A stretch of 64,000 bases of DNA. Source: Xanthobacteraceae bacterium (lineage in GTDB: Bacteria; Pseudomonadota; Alphaproteobacteria; Rhizobiales; Xanthobacteraceae). Positions 38,758-48,642 of this stretch are shown piece by piece (the stretch's first letter is position 1; each line of letters opens with the position of its first letter). The stretch is taken from contig JBJMSU010000065.1 of the NCBI GenBank assembly GCA_045801465.1, positions 1,992 through 65,991 of the forward strand. The letters are read 5' to 3'. The position numbers and the translations under genes were made by a program. The notes under the pieces are model-generated. The model did no database searches. It saw only the letters and a program-made list of their open reading frames with translations, and was not told where the DNA came from.

Positions 38758-38967
38758 GCTGGCTGACCCGTCTCTCAGCTGACGTTTCGGGAGCTCCCCG
38801 GAACGAGGATTACATCCGATCGTCACGGCTGCGCAAGCTTGCCGGCTCCGCCGCGGGTCCTTCTGGCGCCGCACGGAGATTGTGCGCCAGCATCGCTAGG
38901 CGTGGGACGAAAAGCCCCAATGGTATAGAACGCGCCGGAAACCCCGCGGGGAGAGGGAGCAGAGCCA

Positions 38968-40035
38968 TTGCACGGCCAGGCGCTCGATGAGCTCGAGCTC
39001 ATCGTCCCTAATCTCAACTGGCGCTATTCCGGGGTCACGGCGACGAACCGCGCCATGGCCCCGCTGATGGCCAATCACTGTCGGGTTGCCTGGCTCGGTC
39101 CGCATCGGCCCGCGAGCATTCCACGCCTGGGCATTATCGAGCTCTTGCGCCTGCGCTTCCGCCCGCCACGCCGCCGCGCGGTCCGCATCTGGCATGCGCG
39201 GCGCAACGTAGAGATGATCGTCGGCGTGCTCCTGCGGGCGCTGGGCTTTCGCTTGGGCCTGGTCTTCACGTCGGCGGCCCAGCGCCATCACACCTGGATT
39301 ACGCGCTTCCTGATCGCCCGCATGGACGCCATCATCGCCACCACAGAAGCGGCGGCGTCCTACCTCAGGCGCACATGCACCGTGATCCATCACGGTGTCG
39401 ACACCGAGCTCTATTGTCCTCCGGCCGACCGGCAGGAGGCGTTGGCGGCGGCGGGTCTGCCCGGCAAGTATGGGATTGGCGCCTTTGGGCGGGTGCGTCC
39501 GCAGAAGGGCACCGATGTTTTCATTGCGGCGATGTGCCGGCTGTTGCCGCACTATCCCGATTTCACCGCGATCGTCATCGGACGGGTGACGCTCGAGCAC
39601 CGCGTTTTCTTCGAACGGCTACGCAGCGAGGTCGAGAAGGCGGGGCTGCGCGATCGCGTGCATTTTCTCGGCGAGCTGCCGATCGCCGAGGTGCCGCGCT
39701 GGTATCAGCGCGTCGCCATCTATGCGTTCGCCTCGCGCGAGGAAGGATTCGGGCTGACCCTGGTGGAAGCGATGGCGGCAGGCACGGCACTGGTCGCGGC
39801 ACGCGCCGGCGCGGCTGAGACGGTGGTCAGCGATGGCGACACGGGCGTTCTGGTCGCGCCGGGCGACGTCGATCAACTGGTTCGCGCGCTCGAGCCGCTG
39901 ATGCGCGAACCGCAACGCGCCGCCGACATGGGGCGGCGCGCGCGCGACCGGGCGGTCGCGCAGTTCAGCCTTGCGCGCGAAGCGGAGCGGATCGCCGCCG
40001 TGTATCGGCAAATCTGGGAGGGCGAGAAGAATTGA
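38968..40035 (+). CDS. Glycosyltransferase family 4 (LpcC-like LPS core mannosyltransferase type)
   Basis: TTG start after GAGGGAG. The N-terminus IVPNLNWRYSGVTATN resembles the LpcC-type pattern. The C-terminal GT4 motif is EGFGLTLVEAMAAGTALV. Confidence 0.82.
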   Translation: MHGQALDELELIVPNLNWRYSGVTATNRAMAPLMANHCRVAWLGPHRPASIPRLGIIELLRLRFRPPRRRAVRIWHARRNVEMIVGVLLRALGFRLGLVFTSAAQRHHTWITRFLIARMDAIIATTEAAASYLRRTCTVIHHGVDTELYCPPADRQEALAAAGLPGKYGIGAFGRVRPQKGTDVFIAAMCRLLPHYPDFTAIVIGRVTLEHRVFFERLRSEVEKAGLRDRVHFLGELPIAEVPRWYQRVAIYAFASREEGFGLTLVEAMAAGTALVAARAGAAETVVSDGDTGVLVAPGDVDQLVRALEPLMREPQRAADMGRRARDRAVAQFSLAREAERIAAVYRQIWEGEKN

Positions 40036-40038
40036 GGC

Positions 40039-40590
40039 TCAGCCGCGCGCGACATCGGCGAGGCACTGTTCGACGAATGCCGCGAGGTCGCCGCCGGGAA
40101 ACAGAAATCCTCGAATTCCCGCCGCCTGGGCGGCGGCGAGGTCGGTGTCGCGGTCGCCGATGAGGAAACTCCGGGAACGATCGACCGGCCAAGTGCGCAT
40201 GAGATCGGTGAGCATGCCGGGCGCGGGCTTGCGCCAGTCGGACGACCGGCAATAGGCCGGCACCGAACCTTCGGGATGGTAGGGGCAAAAGCGCACGTCG
40301 TCGATGCGGGCGCCGCTCCGTGCGAGCTCGTCGCGCATGAAGGCGTGCAGCGCCTCCACCTGCGCCTCCGTGAACAGGCCGCGCGCGACCCCCGACTGGT
40401 TGGAAATGAGAAACACCAGATAGCCGGCCTCGTTCAGGCGTCGGATCGCGGCGGCGGCGCCGTCGATCCAGCGCAGACGGTCGGGACTGATGACGAAGCC
40501 GTCGTCGTGATTGACCACGCCGTCGCGGTCGAGAAAGGCTGCCGGCTTGAGATTGCCGTCCGCTCGCGCCGCCATGGCGTCAGCTATCAC
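40039..40590 (-). CDS. gmhB: D-glycero-D-manno-heptose 1,7-bisphosphate phosphatase (HAD-IIIA)
   Basis: Motifs are [21 protein letters not shown], and CRKP-like [13 protein letters not shown] and IGDRDTD. Confidence 0.88.
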   Translation of the reverse strand: MIADAMAARADGNLKPAAFLDRDGVVNHDDGFVISPDRLRWIDGAAAAIRRLNEAGYLVFLISNQSGVARGLFTEAQVEALHAFMRDELARSGARIDDVRFCPYHPEGSVPAYCRSSDWRKPAPGMLTDLMRTWPVDRSRSFLIGDRDTDLAAAQAAGIRGFLFPGGDLAAFVEQCLADVARG

Positions 40591-41179
40591 CGGCGCCCGA
40601 TGATCCGAGATCGCGCTCCACCAGCGCGCAGATCGCGTGCGCGGCCGTCATATGGATCTGCTGGATCACGGCGGTCTCGTCGCTGGGCGCCACCAGGCAC
40701 AGGTCGCACAATGCGCGCAGTGGCGTGCCTTGTTGGCCAGTGAAGCCGATCGCGACGAGGCCGCCCTCGCGTGCGGCTTTGAGGGCGGCGAGCACGTTGG
40801 GCGAGCGGCCGGACGTGGAGAGGGCGAGAAGCAGGTCGCCGCGCTGGCCGAGCCCGCGCACCTGACGCTCGAAGACGCACTCGAAACCGTAATCGTTGCC
40901 GATGGCAGTCAGCACCGCCGGATCGGTGAGCGCGACGGCCGGCAACGGGCGCCGCTCGGTCGCGAAGCGCGAAAGCAGCTCGGCGGCGATGTGCTGGGCG
41001 TCCGCCGCGCTGCCGCCGTTGCCGGCGATCAGGACCTTGCCGCCTGCGCGCAGCGCCGCCGCGATGGCGTCGGCAATTGCAAGCGTAGCCGCCAGCAGGT
41101 GGCGGTCGCCGGCCGCCCGGCCGAGCGCCTCGACCGAGCGGGCGAAATAGGCGGCGACGGCGTCCTCGCGTCCGCTCAT
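40580..41179 (-). CDS. gmhA: Phosphoheptose isomerase (SIS domain)
   Basis: Motifs are [26 protein letters not shown] and a conserved IHMTAAH-type C-terminus. It overlaps gmhB by 11 nt. Confidence 0.9.
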   Translation of the reverse strand: MSGREDAVAAYFARSVEALGRAAGDRHLLAATLAIADAIAAALRAGGKVLIAGNGGSAADAQHIAAELLSRFATERRPLPAVALTDPAVLTAIGNDYGFECVFERQVRGLGQRGDLLLALSTSGRSPNVLAALKAAREGGLVAIGFTGQQGTPLRALCDLCLVAPSDETAVIQQIHMTAAHAICALVERDLGSSGAGDS

Positions 41180-41244
41180 GTCGGGTCCAGGGCTGTGCTG
41201 GTGAACGTGGTACCGGCGGTCACGCGGTGGCGCAAGCGCGTCGG

Positions 41245-42357
41245 TCAGCGCGCCGCGACCGTTCCGGCGCTCTCCAGCGTGCGGCGCACGGCGTCGAGCA
41301 CCGGCTCGACCGGAATGTCTTCGGTGCGTCGGTGGTCGAGACGCGTGCAGCCCTTGCGGCCACAGCTCGAGCAGACGGCGGAAGTGGGCTCGATGGCGGC
41401 GGCCAGCGGGTTGAGCGGTCCGGTCAGATGCGGGCTGCTCGGACCGAAAATACCCACCGCAGGCGTAGCGAGCGCAGCCGCCACGTGGAGCAGGCCGGAA
41501 TCGTTTGCCACCGCCACATCGGTGGCGGCGAGTGCCAAAATGGCGTCGCGCAGGTCTTCTCCCGTGAGGTCGCGCACGGCCGCGCCGCCAGCATTGGCGA
41601 TGTCGGTTGCCAGGGAGCGATCATCCGGGCTGCCGAGCACCCACACGGCAACTCCGTCCGCCGCCAATGCACGCGCGAGTTCCCCGTAACGTTCGACCGG
41701 CCAGCGCCGCCCCGGTCCCACCGTTGCCGGGCAGAGCGCAACCACCTGGCTTTCGTTGAGCCCGCGGCGCGCCCGCCAGGCGGACACCTCGGCGGCGGGC
41801 ACCACCAGGGTAGGAAGCGGCAGCGAGGCGGGGAGGGCAGTTCGTTTGGGTAAGCTCAATGCCACTTTGCGATCGAGCATGCGTTCGAGCCCGCGCTCGC
41901 CCCAGCGCACGTCGTTGAGGAGAACGAAGCGCCCCTCGCCGGCGAACCCCGTGCGCTCCGGGATCCCGGCGAGAAAGGGCGCGAGCGCAGATTTCCAGGT
42001 CCGCGGCATGACCAGCGCGGAGCCGTAGCCCTCGGCCGTGAGCCGTTGCGCGAGCTCCCATTGCTTGGCCAGCGCCAGCCGCCCGCGCGGAAGCTCGCTG
42101 ACGATCCCCTTGCGCACGCCCGGCATGTAGTCGATGAGCGGCAGGGTGCGCGCAGTCGTGAGCATGTCGACTGGCCGGCGGGGGGAACGGGCGTTGATGA
42201 GCCGCACGGCGGTATGGCAACGGACGAAATCGCCGATCCACATATAGGGAACGATGAGGATCGGCCGTGTGTCGACGTCCGGCGCCGCTTGCGCCGTCGA
42301 CGTCGCAGCAGTTTCGTCCATTGCACCCATCGCTCGCCGGTTAGCCCGCCCGGTCAT
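41245..42357 (-). CDS. ADP-heptose:LPS heptosyltransferase (glycosyltransferase family 9)
   Basis: Motifs are [26 protein letters not shown] and [14 protein letters not shown]. The start is uncertain (ATG at 42357, 42330 or 42321). It is divergent from hldE. Confidence 0.85.
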   Translation of the reverse strand: MTGRANRRAMGAMDETAATSTAQAAPDVDTRPILIVPYMWIGDFVRCHTAVRLINARSPRRPVDMLTTARTLPLIDYMPGVRKGIVSELPRGRLALAKQWELAQRLTAEGYGSALVMPRTWKSALAPFLAGIPERTGFAGEGRFVLLNDVRWGERGLERMLDRKVALSLPKRTALPASLPLPTLVVPAAEVSAWRARRGLNESQVVALCPATVGPGRRWPVERYGELARALAADGVAVWVLGSPDDRSLATDIANAGGAAVRDLTGEDLRDAILALAATDVAVANDSGLLHVAAALATPAVGIFGPSSPHLTGPLNPLAAAIEPTSAVCSSCGRKGCTRLDHRRTEDIPVEPVLDAVRRTLESAGTVAAR

Positions 42358-42436
42358 GGATTTCCAGCCCGTCGTATTGCGCCTGCGGCCCGAGTGGGGC
42401 AAAGGAGGCCCAAGATCATGGCTTAGCCGAGGGGCA

Positions 42437-43915
42437 ATGTTCGATTTCGCCAAGCGCCTGTCCGAGCTCGACCAGGCCAGCGTGCTATGCGTCGGCGACC
42501 TCATGCTCGACACGTACGTCTACGGCGAGGTCGAGCGCATTTCGCCTGAGGCGCCGGCGCCGGTGCTCGCGGTGACGCGCGAGGAGCTCGTCATCGGCGG
42601 AGCCGGAAACGTGGCGCGCAACGTCGCCAGCCTCGGCGCACGCTGCATTTTCGTTGGCGTCGTGGGTGATGATGGCGCCGGCAAGACCCTGGAGTCAGCC
42701 TTTGCTCAGCAGACCGATCTGATCGAGTCGCGCCTGGTGGTCGATCAGGCGCGTCCGACCACGCGCAAGACGCGCTTCGTCTCCGAGCACTTCTCGACGC
42801 ATTTGCTGCGCGCCGATTGGGAGCTCGCCCGGCCAGTCGCATCCGACGTCGCAACCGCGGTGATCGCCTACGCGACGAACGCTCTGCCGCGCGTCGGGGC
42901 CGTCGTCCTCTCCGACTACAGCAAAGGGGTGCTGTCGCCGGCGGTGGTGCGCGCCGTGATCGCCGCCACCGCCAGGCTGGGCAAGCCGGTCATCGTCGAT
43001 CCCAAATACGGCGACTACAGCCTCTACAAGGGCACGACGCTGATCACGCCCAATCGCCGCGAGCTCGCGGAAGCGACGCGGATGTCGGCGGCGTCGGATC
43101 AAGAGCTCGCCGCGGCCGCATCGGCGCTCGCCGAGATGGTGCAAAGCCAAGCGGTGCTGGTGACGTTGAGCGAACACGGCATGACGCTCGTCGAGCGCGG
43201 CCGCGCGCCGGTCCATGTGCCCGCCTACGGCGTAAAGGTGCTCGATGTATCGGGCGCCGGCGACACCGTGGTCGCCGCCATGGCGACGTTTCTTGCCGCC
43301 GGTGCCGGCTACGAGGAGGCGATGCGCGCCGCCAATGCGGCGGCCTCGGTGGTGGTGGGCAAGCGCGGCACCGCCACCGTATCGGCGGCAGAGTTGCGCG
43401 CCCGCATCCTTCCCGAGGCCGCGCTCGCGCCCGAGCAGAAGATCGTGCCCGACTGGTCGGCGCTCGATCGGCGGCTCGATGCCTGGCGGCTGGAGGGCCT
43501 GCGCATCGGCTTCACCAACGGCTGCTTCGATCTCGTCCACCCCGGCCATGTCGAACTGTTGGCAAAGGCGCGCGCCCACTGCGACCGGCTGGTGGTCGGC
43601 CTCAACAGCGACGGCTCGGTCCGCCGGCTCAAGGGCGACGGGCGCCCGGTGCAAGCCGCGGCGGCGCGCGCCGAGGTGCTCGCCGCCATGGAGGCGGTCG
43701 ATCTCGTGGTCCTGTTCGATCAGGATACGCCGCTCGAGCTGATCCGCCGCATCCGGCCGAAGGTGCTGGTGAAGGGCGCCGACTATGGATTGGACCAAGT
43801 GGTGGGACGCGAGCTGGTCGAGGCCGACGGTGGCGAGGTCATCCTGGTCGATATCGTGCCGGGACACAGCACGAGCGAAATCGTCGGGCGCTCGCGCCGA
43901 CATGCCAAGGCGTGA
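42437..43915 (+). CDS. hldE: Bifunctional D-beta-D-heptose 7-phosphate kinase / D-beta-D-heptose 1-phosphate adenylyltransferase
   Basis: The N-terminal kinase has [29 protein letters not shown] and DVSGAGDTV. The C-terminal cytidylyltransferase has [15 protein letters not shown]. Confidence 0.92.
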   Translation: MFDFAKRLSELDQASVLCVGDLMLDTYVYGEVERISPEAPAPVLAVTREELVIGGAGNVARNVASLGARCIFVGVVGDDGAGKTLESAFAQQTDLIESRLVVDQARPTTRKTRFVSEHFSTHLLRADWELARPVASDVATAVIAYATNALPRVGAVVLSDYSKGVLSPAVVRAVIAATARLGKPVIVDPKYGDYSLYKGTTLITPNRRELAEATRMSAASDQELAAAASALAEMVQSQAVLVTLSEHGMTLVERGRAPVHVPAYGVKVLDVSGAGDTVVAAMATFLAAGAGYEEAMRAANAAASVVVGKRGTATVSAAELRARILPEAALAPEQKIVPDWSALDRRLDAWRLEGLRIGFTNGCFDLVHPGHVELLAKARAHCDRLVVGLNSDGSVRRLKGDGRPVQAAAARAEVLAAMEAVDLVVLFDQDTPLELIRRIRPKVLVKGADYGLDQVVGRELVEADGGEVILVDIVPGHSTSEIVGRSRRHAKA

Positions 43916-43918
43916 GCA

Positions 43919-44650
43919 ATGCCTGCGGGACCGATGAACGCCATCCTTCCCTATGCGGCCGAAAATCGCCTGAAGGAGGAATTCTTCGGCCACTCAGACA
44001 ACGGTTTTTTCGTCGAGGTCGGGGCGAACGATCCCGAGCAATGGTCGCAGTCGTTCCATCTCGAGCGACTGGGCTGGCACGGCATCGTGGTCGAGCCGCA
44101 GCCGCATCTCGCCGAAATGCTGCGCCAGCGACGCACGGCCAAAGTTTACGAAGTGGCCTGCTCGGCTCCCGAGAACGCCGGCGAGCGCATGACGCTGCAC
44201 CTTGCGGGTGGCCATTCGTCATTCGATCCGATGCTCAAGGTCGCCGACGTGCGGCCCGAGGGCAGCTTGGAGGTGCCGCTCAGGACACTCGACGAGATCC
44301 TGGCCGAGACCGAAGCACCGAGCCCGATCGATTTCCTCGCGATCGATGTCGAGGGGCATGAGATGGAGGTGTTGCGCGGCTTCGACTTTGCACGCTGGCG
44401 GCCGCGGCTGATCATGGTCGAAGATCTCGTGCTCGACATGCGGCTGCATCGCTTCATGCAGTCGCAGAGCTACAAGTGGATACGGCGCACTGACGTCAAC
44501 AGCTGGTATGTGCCGTCCGAGTCGCCATTGCGGGTCGGCCTGATCGGGCGATGGCAGTTCTTTCGCAAATATTATCTGGGAACGCCGTTTCGGCGGCTGC
44601 GCGAGACCTTGCGTCGCCTGCGCGCGCGGCTGCGACGCACAGGCGCATGA
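43919..44650 (+). CDS. FkbM-family methyltransferase
   Basis: FFVEVGANDPEQWSQSFHLERLGWHGIVVEP and IDFLAIDVEGHEMEVLRG are typical FkbM strings. It starts 4 nt after the hldE stop. Confidence 0.85.
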   Translation: MPAGPMNAILPYAAENRLKEEFFGHSDNGFFVEVGANDPEQWSQSFHLERLGWHGIVVEPQPHLAEMLRQRRTAKVYEVACSAPENAGERMTLHLAGGHSSFDPMLKVADVRPEGSLEVPLRTLDEILAETEAPSPIDFLAIDVEGHEMEVLRGFDFARWRPRLIMVEDLVLDMRLHRFMQSQSYKWIRRTDVNSWYVPSESPLRVGLIGRWQFFRKYYLGTPFRRLRETLRRLRARLRRTGA

Positions 44651-44655
44651 TGTTG

Positions 44656-45315
44656 TCATCCGGTGCGCCGGACGATCACCTGATAGCCCTTGGCGAGCAA
44701 CCGATAGCGGCCCTCCTGCGCTGCGAGGAAGTCGTCGACCGCCGCCTGCGGCCGTTCGTCCGGGCGAAATTCCGGTGCCCATTCGTAATCGTCCCAGATC
44801 ACGATGCCATCCGGCGCGAGCATCTTCCACACCGACGTCGAGTCGCCCATCACGTCCTCGTAACGGTGGCCACCGTCGATATAAGCGAGGTCGAATTGTC
44901 GGCCCTGCGCGATCAACGAGTCGAGCGCCGGCGCCGAGCGGCTCTTGATCTTCTCGACCCTGTCGGAGAACGGTGCGAGATTGCGGTTGAACCGTGCCTC
45001 GATCCCGGGGAGGTGGTTTTCCAACAGCTTGTAGACATAGCCCTCTTCCGCGGTACCCTCGAACGTATCGATGCAGACGATCGTGGAGCGCGGCAGATAT
45101 TTCAGGAAAAACATCGCCGAGCGGCCCTCGAACGAGCCGATCTCGAGGATCTTCGCCGGCCGGTCGCGCAGCGGGGCGAGCACGCGGCGCCAGATCGAAT
45201 AGTTCTTCCAGATCCAATCGGACGTGAAGTCGCCGCGCCAAAACCATGGGCGATATCGGACTCGATAGAACACTTTGGCGATCGGCGACGGATCCCTGAA
45301 GATGGGATCAGACAT
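44656..45315 (-). CDS. Class I SAM-dependent methyltransferase (Methyltransf_24-like)
   Basis: Start at MSDPIFRD (ATG at 45313-45315). Motifs are ILEIGSFEGRSAMFF and FDLAYIDGGHRYEDV. Confidence 0.8.
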   Translation of the reverse strand: MSDPIFRDPSPIAKVFYRVRYRPWFWRGDFTSDWIWKNYSIWRRVLAPLRDRPAKILEIGSFEGRSAMFFLKYLPRSTIVCIDTFEGTAEEGYVYKLLENHLPGIEARFNRNLAPFSDRVEKIKSRSAPALDSLIAQGRQFDLAYIDGGHRYEDVMGDSTSVWKMLAPDGIVIWDDYEWAPEFRPDERPQAAVDDFLAAQEGRYRLLAKGYQVIVRRTG

Positions 45316-45484
45316 ATGGCGGTCTTTATGCTGCTGCACGGATGTCAACCGAATCCTCGATCTTCAAGTCGCACGTGGCCGGGCGGCACTGTCGGACATG
45401 CTGGCGACGGCACAGGCGCTGCGCTAGCATCCCGTAGACCAGCCAATTGATAGCGGTCAACCGAACATTCCCAACATCGTCGAC

Positions 45485-46333
45485 ATGCTCGCTTCGTTCA
45501 AGCAAACCCGGTCCTACATCACGTTCAAGGAATGGACGAAGGCGCTGCGCCGCCGGGCGAAGCTTTCCTACTATCGCGGGACGCAATATCGCTGTCCCAT
45601 CTGCGACATCCGGCTGCGGGCTTTCAAGCCGATCTGGCGGTCGTTCTGGACCGACTACCAACAGTACGAATTCATCCGTTCGCCCTTCTCCATGGAAACG
45701 TTCAACCCCGGGGCGTTTTCATGCCCGGCCTGCGACGCCTACGACCGCGAGCGGCTGACCGCGCTCTACCTCGACCGCGCTTTCCGCGCGTTCGATCCAA
45801 AGCGGCGCTACCGCCTGGTCGAGTTTGCTCCGGCGCATGCGCTCCACCGCATGATCAAGCGGCATCGGTTGGTCGAATACCGAAGCGCGGACCTGATGCG
45901 CAACGACGTGGACGACCGCGTCGACATCACGAACTGCCCCTATGACGACCGTTCGGTGGACGTGTTCCTGTGCTCGCATGTGCTCGAGCATATCGAGGAC
46001 GATCGTAAGGCCATGCGCGAGCTCCATCGCATCCTGGCGCCGGACGGCTTCGGCGTCGTGCTGGTGCCGCTTTTTCCCGACGTCGACGAAACGCACGAGG
46101 ATGCGCAGATCGCGACTTTGCACCAGCGCTGGAAATATTTCGGCGGCGGCGATCACGTGCGCCAATACGGCAAGCAGGATTTCATGGATCGGCTGGCGGC
46201 GGCTGGATTCAGGGTCGATCAGCTCGACATCAATTATTTCGGCAAGGATGTTTTTCGCGAAGCCGGGATCGCGGAGAATTCCGTCCTTTACGTGCTGCGC
46301 AAGCAGGAGCGGGCGCAGTCAACCCTGCATTAG
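45485..46333 (+). CDS. Class I SAM-dependent methyltransferase with an N-terminal CxxC...CxxC zinc-ribbon-like segment
   Basis: The Cys pairs are CPICDIRLRAF ... CPACDAYDRE. The methyltransferase core is VDVFLCSHVLEHIEDDRKAMRELHRILAPDGFGVV. Confidence 0.8.
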   Translation: MLASFKQTRSYITFKEWTKALRRRAKLSYYRGTQYRCPICDIRLRAFKPIWRSFWTDYQQYEFIRSPFSMETFNPGAFSCPACDAYDRERLTALYLDRAFRAFDPKRRYRLVEFAPAHALHRMIKRHRLVEYRSADLMRNDVDDRVDITNCPYDDRSVDVFLCSHVLEHIEDDRKAMRELHRILAPDGFGVVLVPLFPDVDETHEDAQIATLHQRWKYFGGGDHVRQYGKQDFMDRLAAAGFRVDQLDINYFGKDVFREAGIAENSVLYVLRKQERAQSTLH

Positions 46334-46428
46334 GTTAGATCTCTGATTGCACGCGGGAAGGGGCGTGCGAGAATGACGACCTGAGCGGCGGAGTGGCACC
46401 GGACATAAGGAATGTGATATAGTGGGTC

Positions 46429-46650
46429 ATGGTCAAGACATTGGAAATAGCGATCGCGAAGGCTGCGTCTCTGCCCGAACCGGCGCAGGAACAGCTCGGC
46501 CGCGAGCTGCTGGAGCGCATCGAAACACTGGCGGAGCTGCGGGCCGAGATCGAGATCGGTATCCGGGAGCTAGACGCTGGCCTGGGCGAGGAACTGGATA
46601 TCGAAGACGTTATCCGCCAAGCCCGCGCAGAGCATGCCAGGAAGGCGTAG
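46429..46650 (+). CDS. Type II antitoxin (ParD/'addiction module component'-like)
   Basis: A 73-aa acidic protein with ASLPEPAQEQLGRELLERIE and ELDAGLGEELDIEDV. It overlaps the downstream parE by 17 nt. Confidence 0.7.
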   Translation: MVKTLEIAIAKAASLPEPAQEQLGRELLERIETLAELRAEIEIGIRELDAGLGEELDIEDVIRQARAEHARKA

Positions 46651-46951
46651 GCGAGTCGTCTGGGCTCCGAAGGCCAAGCAGGACCTGCGCGAGGTCTGGC
46701 TCTATTACGCCCGCGTGGCATCGCCTGAAATTGCCGACAAGCTGGTGCGGGAAATTGATGGAGCAGGCGAGCGGCTGGAACAGGATGCATTGATGTGGCG
46801 GGCGCGTGATGAAATCCTGCCTGGCCTGCGTTCTGTCGTGATCCATCCGTACGTCGTTTTCTACAGGTCGACAGACACAAACGTTGAAATCGCCCGCGTT
46901 CTTCACGGGCGGCGGAATTTTGCCGCCATTTTTCGCACGGGCGAGAGTTAG
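46634..46951 (+). CDS. parE: ParE/RelE-family toxin
   Basis: Motifs are VVWAPKAKQDLREVWLYY, YVVFYRSTD and VEIARVLHGRRNF. Confidence 0.82.
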   Translation: MPGRRRRVVWAPKAKQDLREVWLYYARVASPEIADKLVREIDGAGERLEQDALMWRARDEILPGLRSVVIHPYVVFYRSTDTNVEIARVLHGRRNFAAIFRTGES

Positions 46952-47004
46952 GTGGTTTACGAGCAGATCACCAGGCCGTTGCTGCGCGACTTGACAAAGG
47001 AACT

Positions 47005-47157
47005 TCAAATCCGCCGCACGAGACGCTGCCAGCCGTAGAGCAGGAGGGCGGCGAGCGCGAGCGCCGACAGCAACCACAGCGCCGCCAGCCACGGATTCAC
47101 CGGAAAGGCGTCTTTGAGGCCTTGCAATACGATCGAAACCGCCGTCGTGGCGCTCAC
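47005..47157 (-). CDS. Unannotated 50-codon single-pass membrane micro-ORF, translationally coupled to the upstream gene
   Basis: This is my own translation: VSATTAVSIVLQGLKDAFPVNPWLAALWLLSALALAALLLYGWQRLVRRI*. The GTG start (47155-47157) overlaps the TGA stop (47154-47156) of the upstream gene as GTGA. It is below the 60-aa cutoff of the ORF track. Confidence 0.4.
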   Translation of the reverse strand: MSATTAVSIVLQGLKDAFPVNPWLAALWLLSALALAALLLYGWQRLVRRI

Positions 47158-48602
47158 GGCCGCCAATCTCCCAGGAACCGCTTCTTGAAGATCACGCGCA
47201 GCATCCGCAGCGCGGTCTTGCTGATCTTGAAATAGTTATCCGAGTGCTTGGACGTGCCGCTCACGCGCGCGTAATAGCTCACCGGGATCTCGATCACGCG
47301 TCGACGCGCGCGCAGCATCTCGATCATCATTTCCGGAGAGAATTCCGGCCCCACGCCTTGCATGCGATCGCGGATCTTGAGCCAGGCCTCCTTCCACACC
47401 GCGCGGAAGGTGCAGCCGACGTCGGTGAAGCGCGGCTGCTGTCCCCACCACATGACCTCGACCAGCTTGCCGACCAGCACGTTGCCCCAGCGCACGAGCC
47501 CGCGCATGTTGGTGCCCTGCTCGATGAGCTCGCGGGTTGTCCGGGTGCCGATCACCATGTCGGCGTCCTTGAGGTATTCGAGCAGCTTGTCGAGGTCCTT
47601 GGCGTGGAACGAATGGTCGGCTTCGGCGACGATGAGGATGTCGCCCACGGCATGGTCCAGGCCATATTTGATGCTGTCGCCGTATCCTTTCAGCGCCACG
47701 GTCTCGACGCGGGCGCCGTGCTGGCGAGCGACCTCTTCGGTGCGGTCGCGTGAGGAGTTGTTGACGATGAGCACTTCGTGCACGTGCGGCAGGAAATCGT
47801 CGATCGCATAGCCGATCGATTCCTCCTCGTTGTAGGCCGGCACCACCAGGCTCAATTTGTACTGACCGAACTTCAGCTTGCGACCGGCATAATTGGCGTC
47901 GTTGTAATCCTCGATCGAATTGACGTTGAAATACTGGCCCTGCACGTGCAGCGCGGTGACGCGCTCGCCGCCGTCGATCGCGTTCATGAGCGCATCCGTC
48001 AGCTCGATCTTTCCTGAGCGCGCCGACGGCGCCGTCTTGCCAATCCAGTCCGCCATGCGCGGATGGAACACGTAGGTGCCGACGCCGAGCACCTGGTCAT
48101 GGGTCGAGGACGGCTTCTCTTCCACCCGGGCGACGCGGTCATCGACGATTTTGACGCCGTAGTTCTTCAGGATCTGCCGCTTGTTGCGGGTGTGATGAAC
48201 ACCGCATGCCGCAACTGCCGAGCCGAGATCGAGCCCGGCAAAGTCGGCGTGGTTGGATTCGAGGTAGAGCTCGTCGCCGAGGATCGTCACGAACGGAGCG
48301 GCGATCCGGTCCATGGCAAGGAGGAGGCCGCGCGCCAGGCCGATCGTCGGATCGGGGCAACGCAGGAATGTCAGATCGACGCCCAGCGCCTCGCCCGATC
48401 CGAGCGCGGCGCGGACCTGGTCCTCCAGATAGCCGACGATGATGGTGATGTCGCGTATGCCAAGCTGATCGCGCATGATCTCGATGTTGCGCACGATCAG
48501 CGGCTTGCCGGCGATTTCGAGCAGGACCTTGGGGATGCGCTTGGTGGCCGGATAAGCACGAATGCCCTGACCTGCGGCGGGGATCACACCGTGAAACGCC
48601 AT
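47154..48602 (-). CDS. Fusion protein: sugar-phosphate nucleotidyltransferase (N-terminal) plus family 2 glycosyltransferase of the polyprenyl-phosphate sugar synthase type (C-terminal)
   Basis: Start at MAFHGVIPAAGQGIRAYP (ATG at 48600-48602), a G-x-G-x-R nucleotidyltransferase motif, with KVLLEIAGKPLI. The GT2 part starts near aa 248 (nt 47861): LSLVVPAYNEEESI, and IVAEADHS as the DxD-like motif. Confidence 0.82.
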   Translation of the reverse strand: MAFHGVIPAAGQGIRAYPATKRIPKVLLEIAGKPLIVRNIEIMRDQLGIRDITIIVGYLEDQVRAALGSGEALGVDLTFLRCPDPTIGLARGLLLAMDRIAAPFVTILGDELYLESNHADFAGLDLGSAVAACGVHHTRNKRQILKNYGVKIVDDRVARVEEKPSSTHDQVLGVGTYVFHPRMADWIGKTAPSARSGKIELTDALMNAIDGGERVTALHVQGQYFNVNSIEDYNDANYAGRKLKFGQYKLSLVVPAYNEEESIGYAIDDFLPHVHEVLIVNNSSRDRTEEVARQHGARVETVALKGYGDSIKYGLDHAVGDILIVAEADHSFHAKDLDKLLEYLKDADMVIGTRTTRELIEQGTNMRGLVRWGNVLVGKLVEVMWWGQQPRFTDVGCTFRAVWKEAWLKIRDRMQGVGPEFSPEMMIEMLRARRRVIEIPVSYYARVSGTSKHSDNYFKISKTALRMLRVIFKKRFLGDWRP

Positions 48603-48642
48603 GGAGGAAACGCCGGTCAACTGTCACACAGATGCCGAGCGC

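Noticed and set aside
46346-46370. A short hairpin gcacgc-N8-gcgtgc after the zinc-ribbon methyltransferase gene, considered as a terminator.
   Set aside because: The stem is only 6 bp and no U-tract follows. It may be coincidental in GC-rich DNA.
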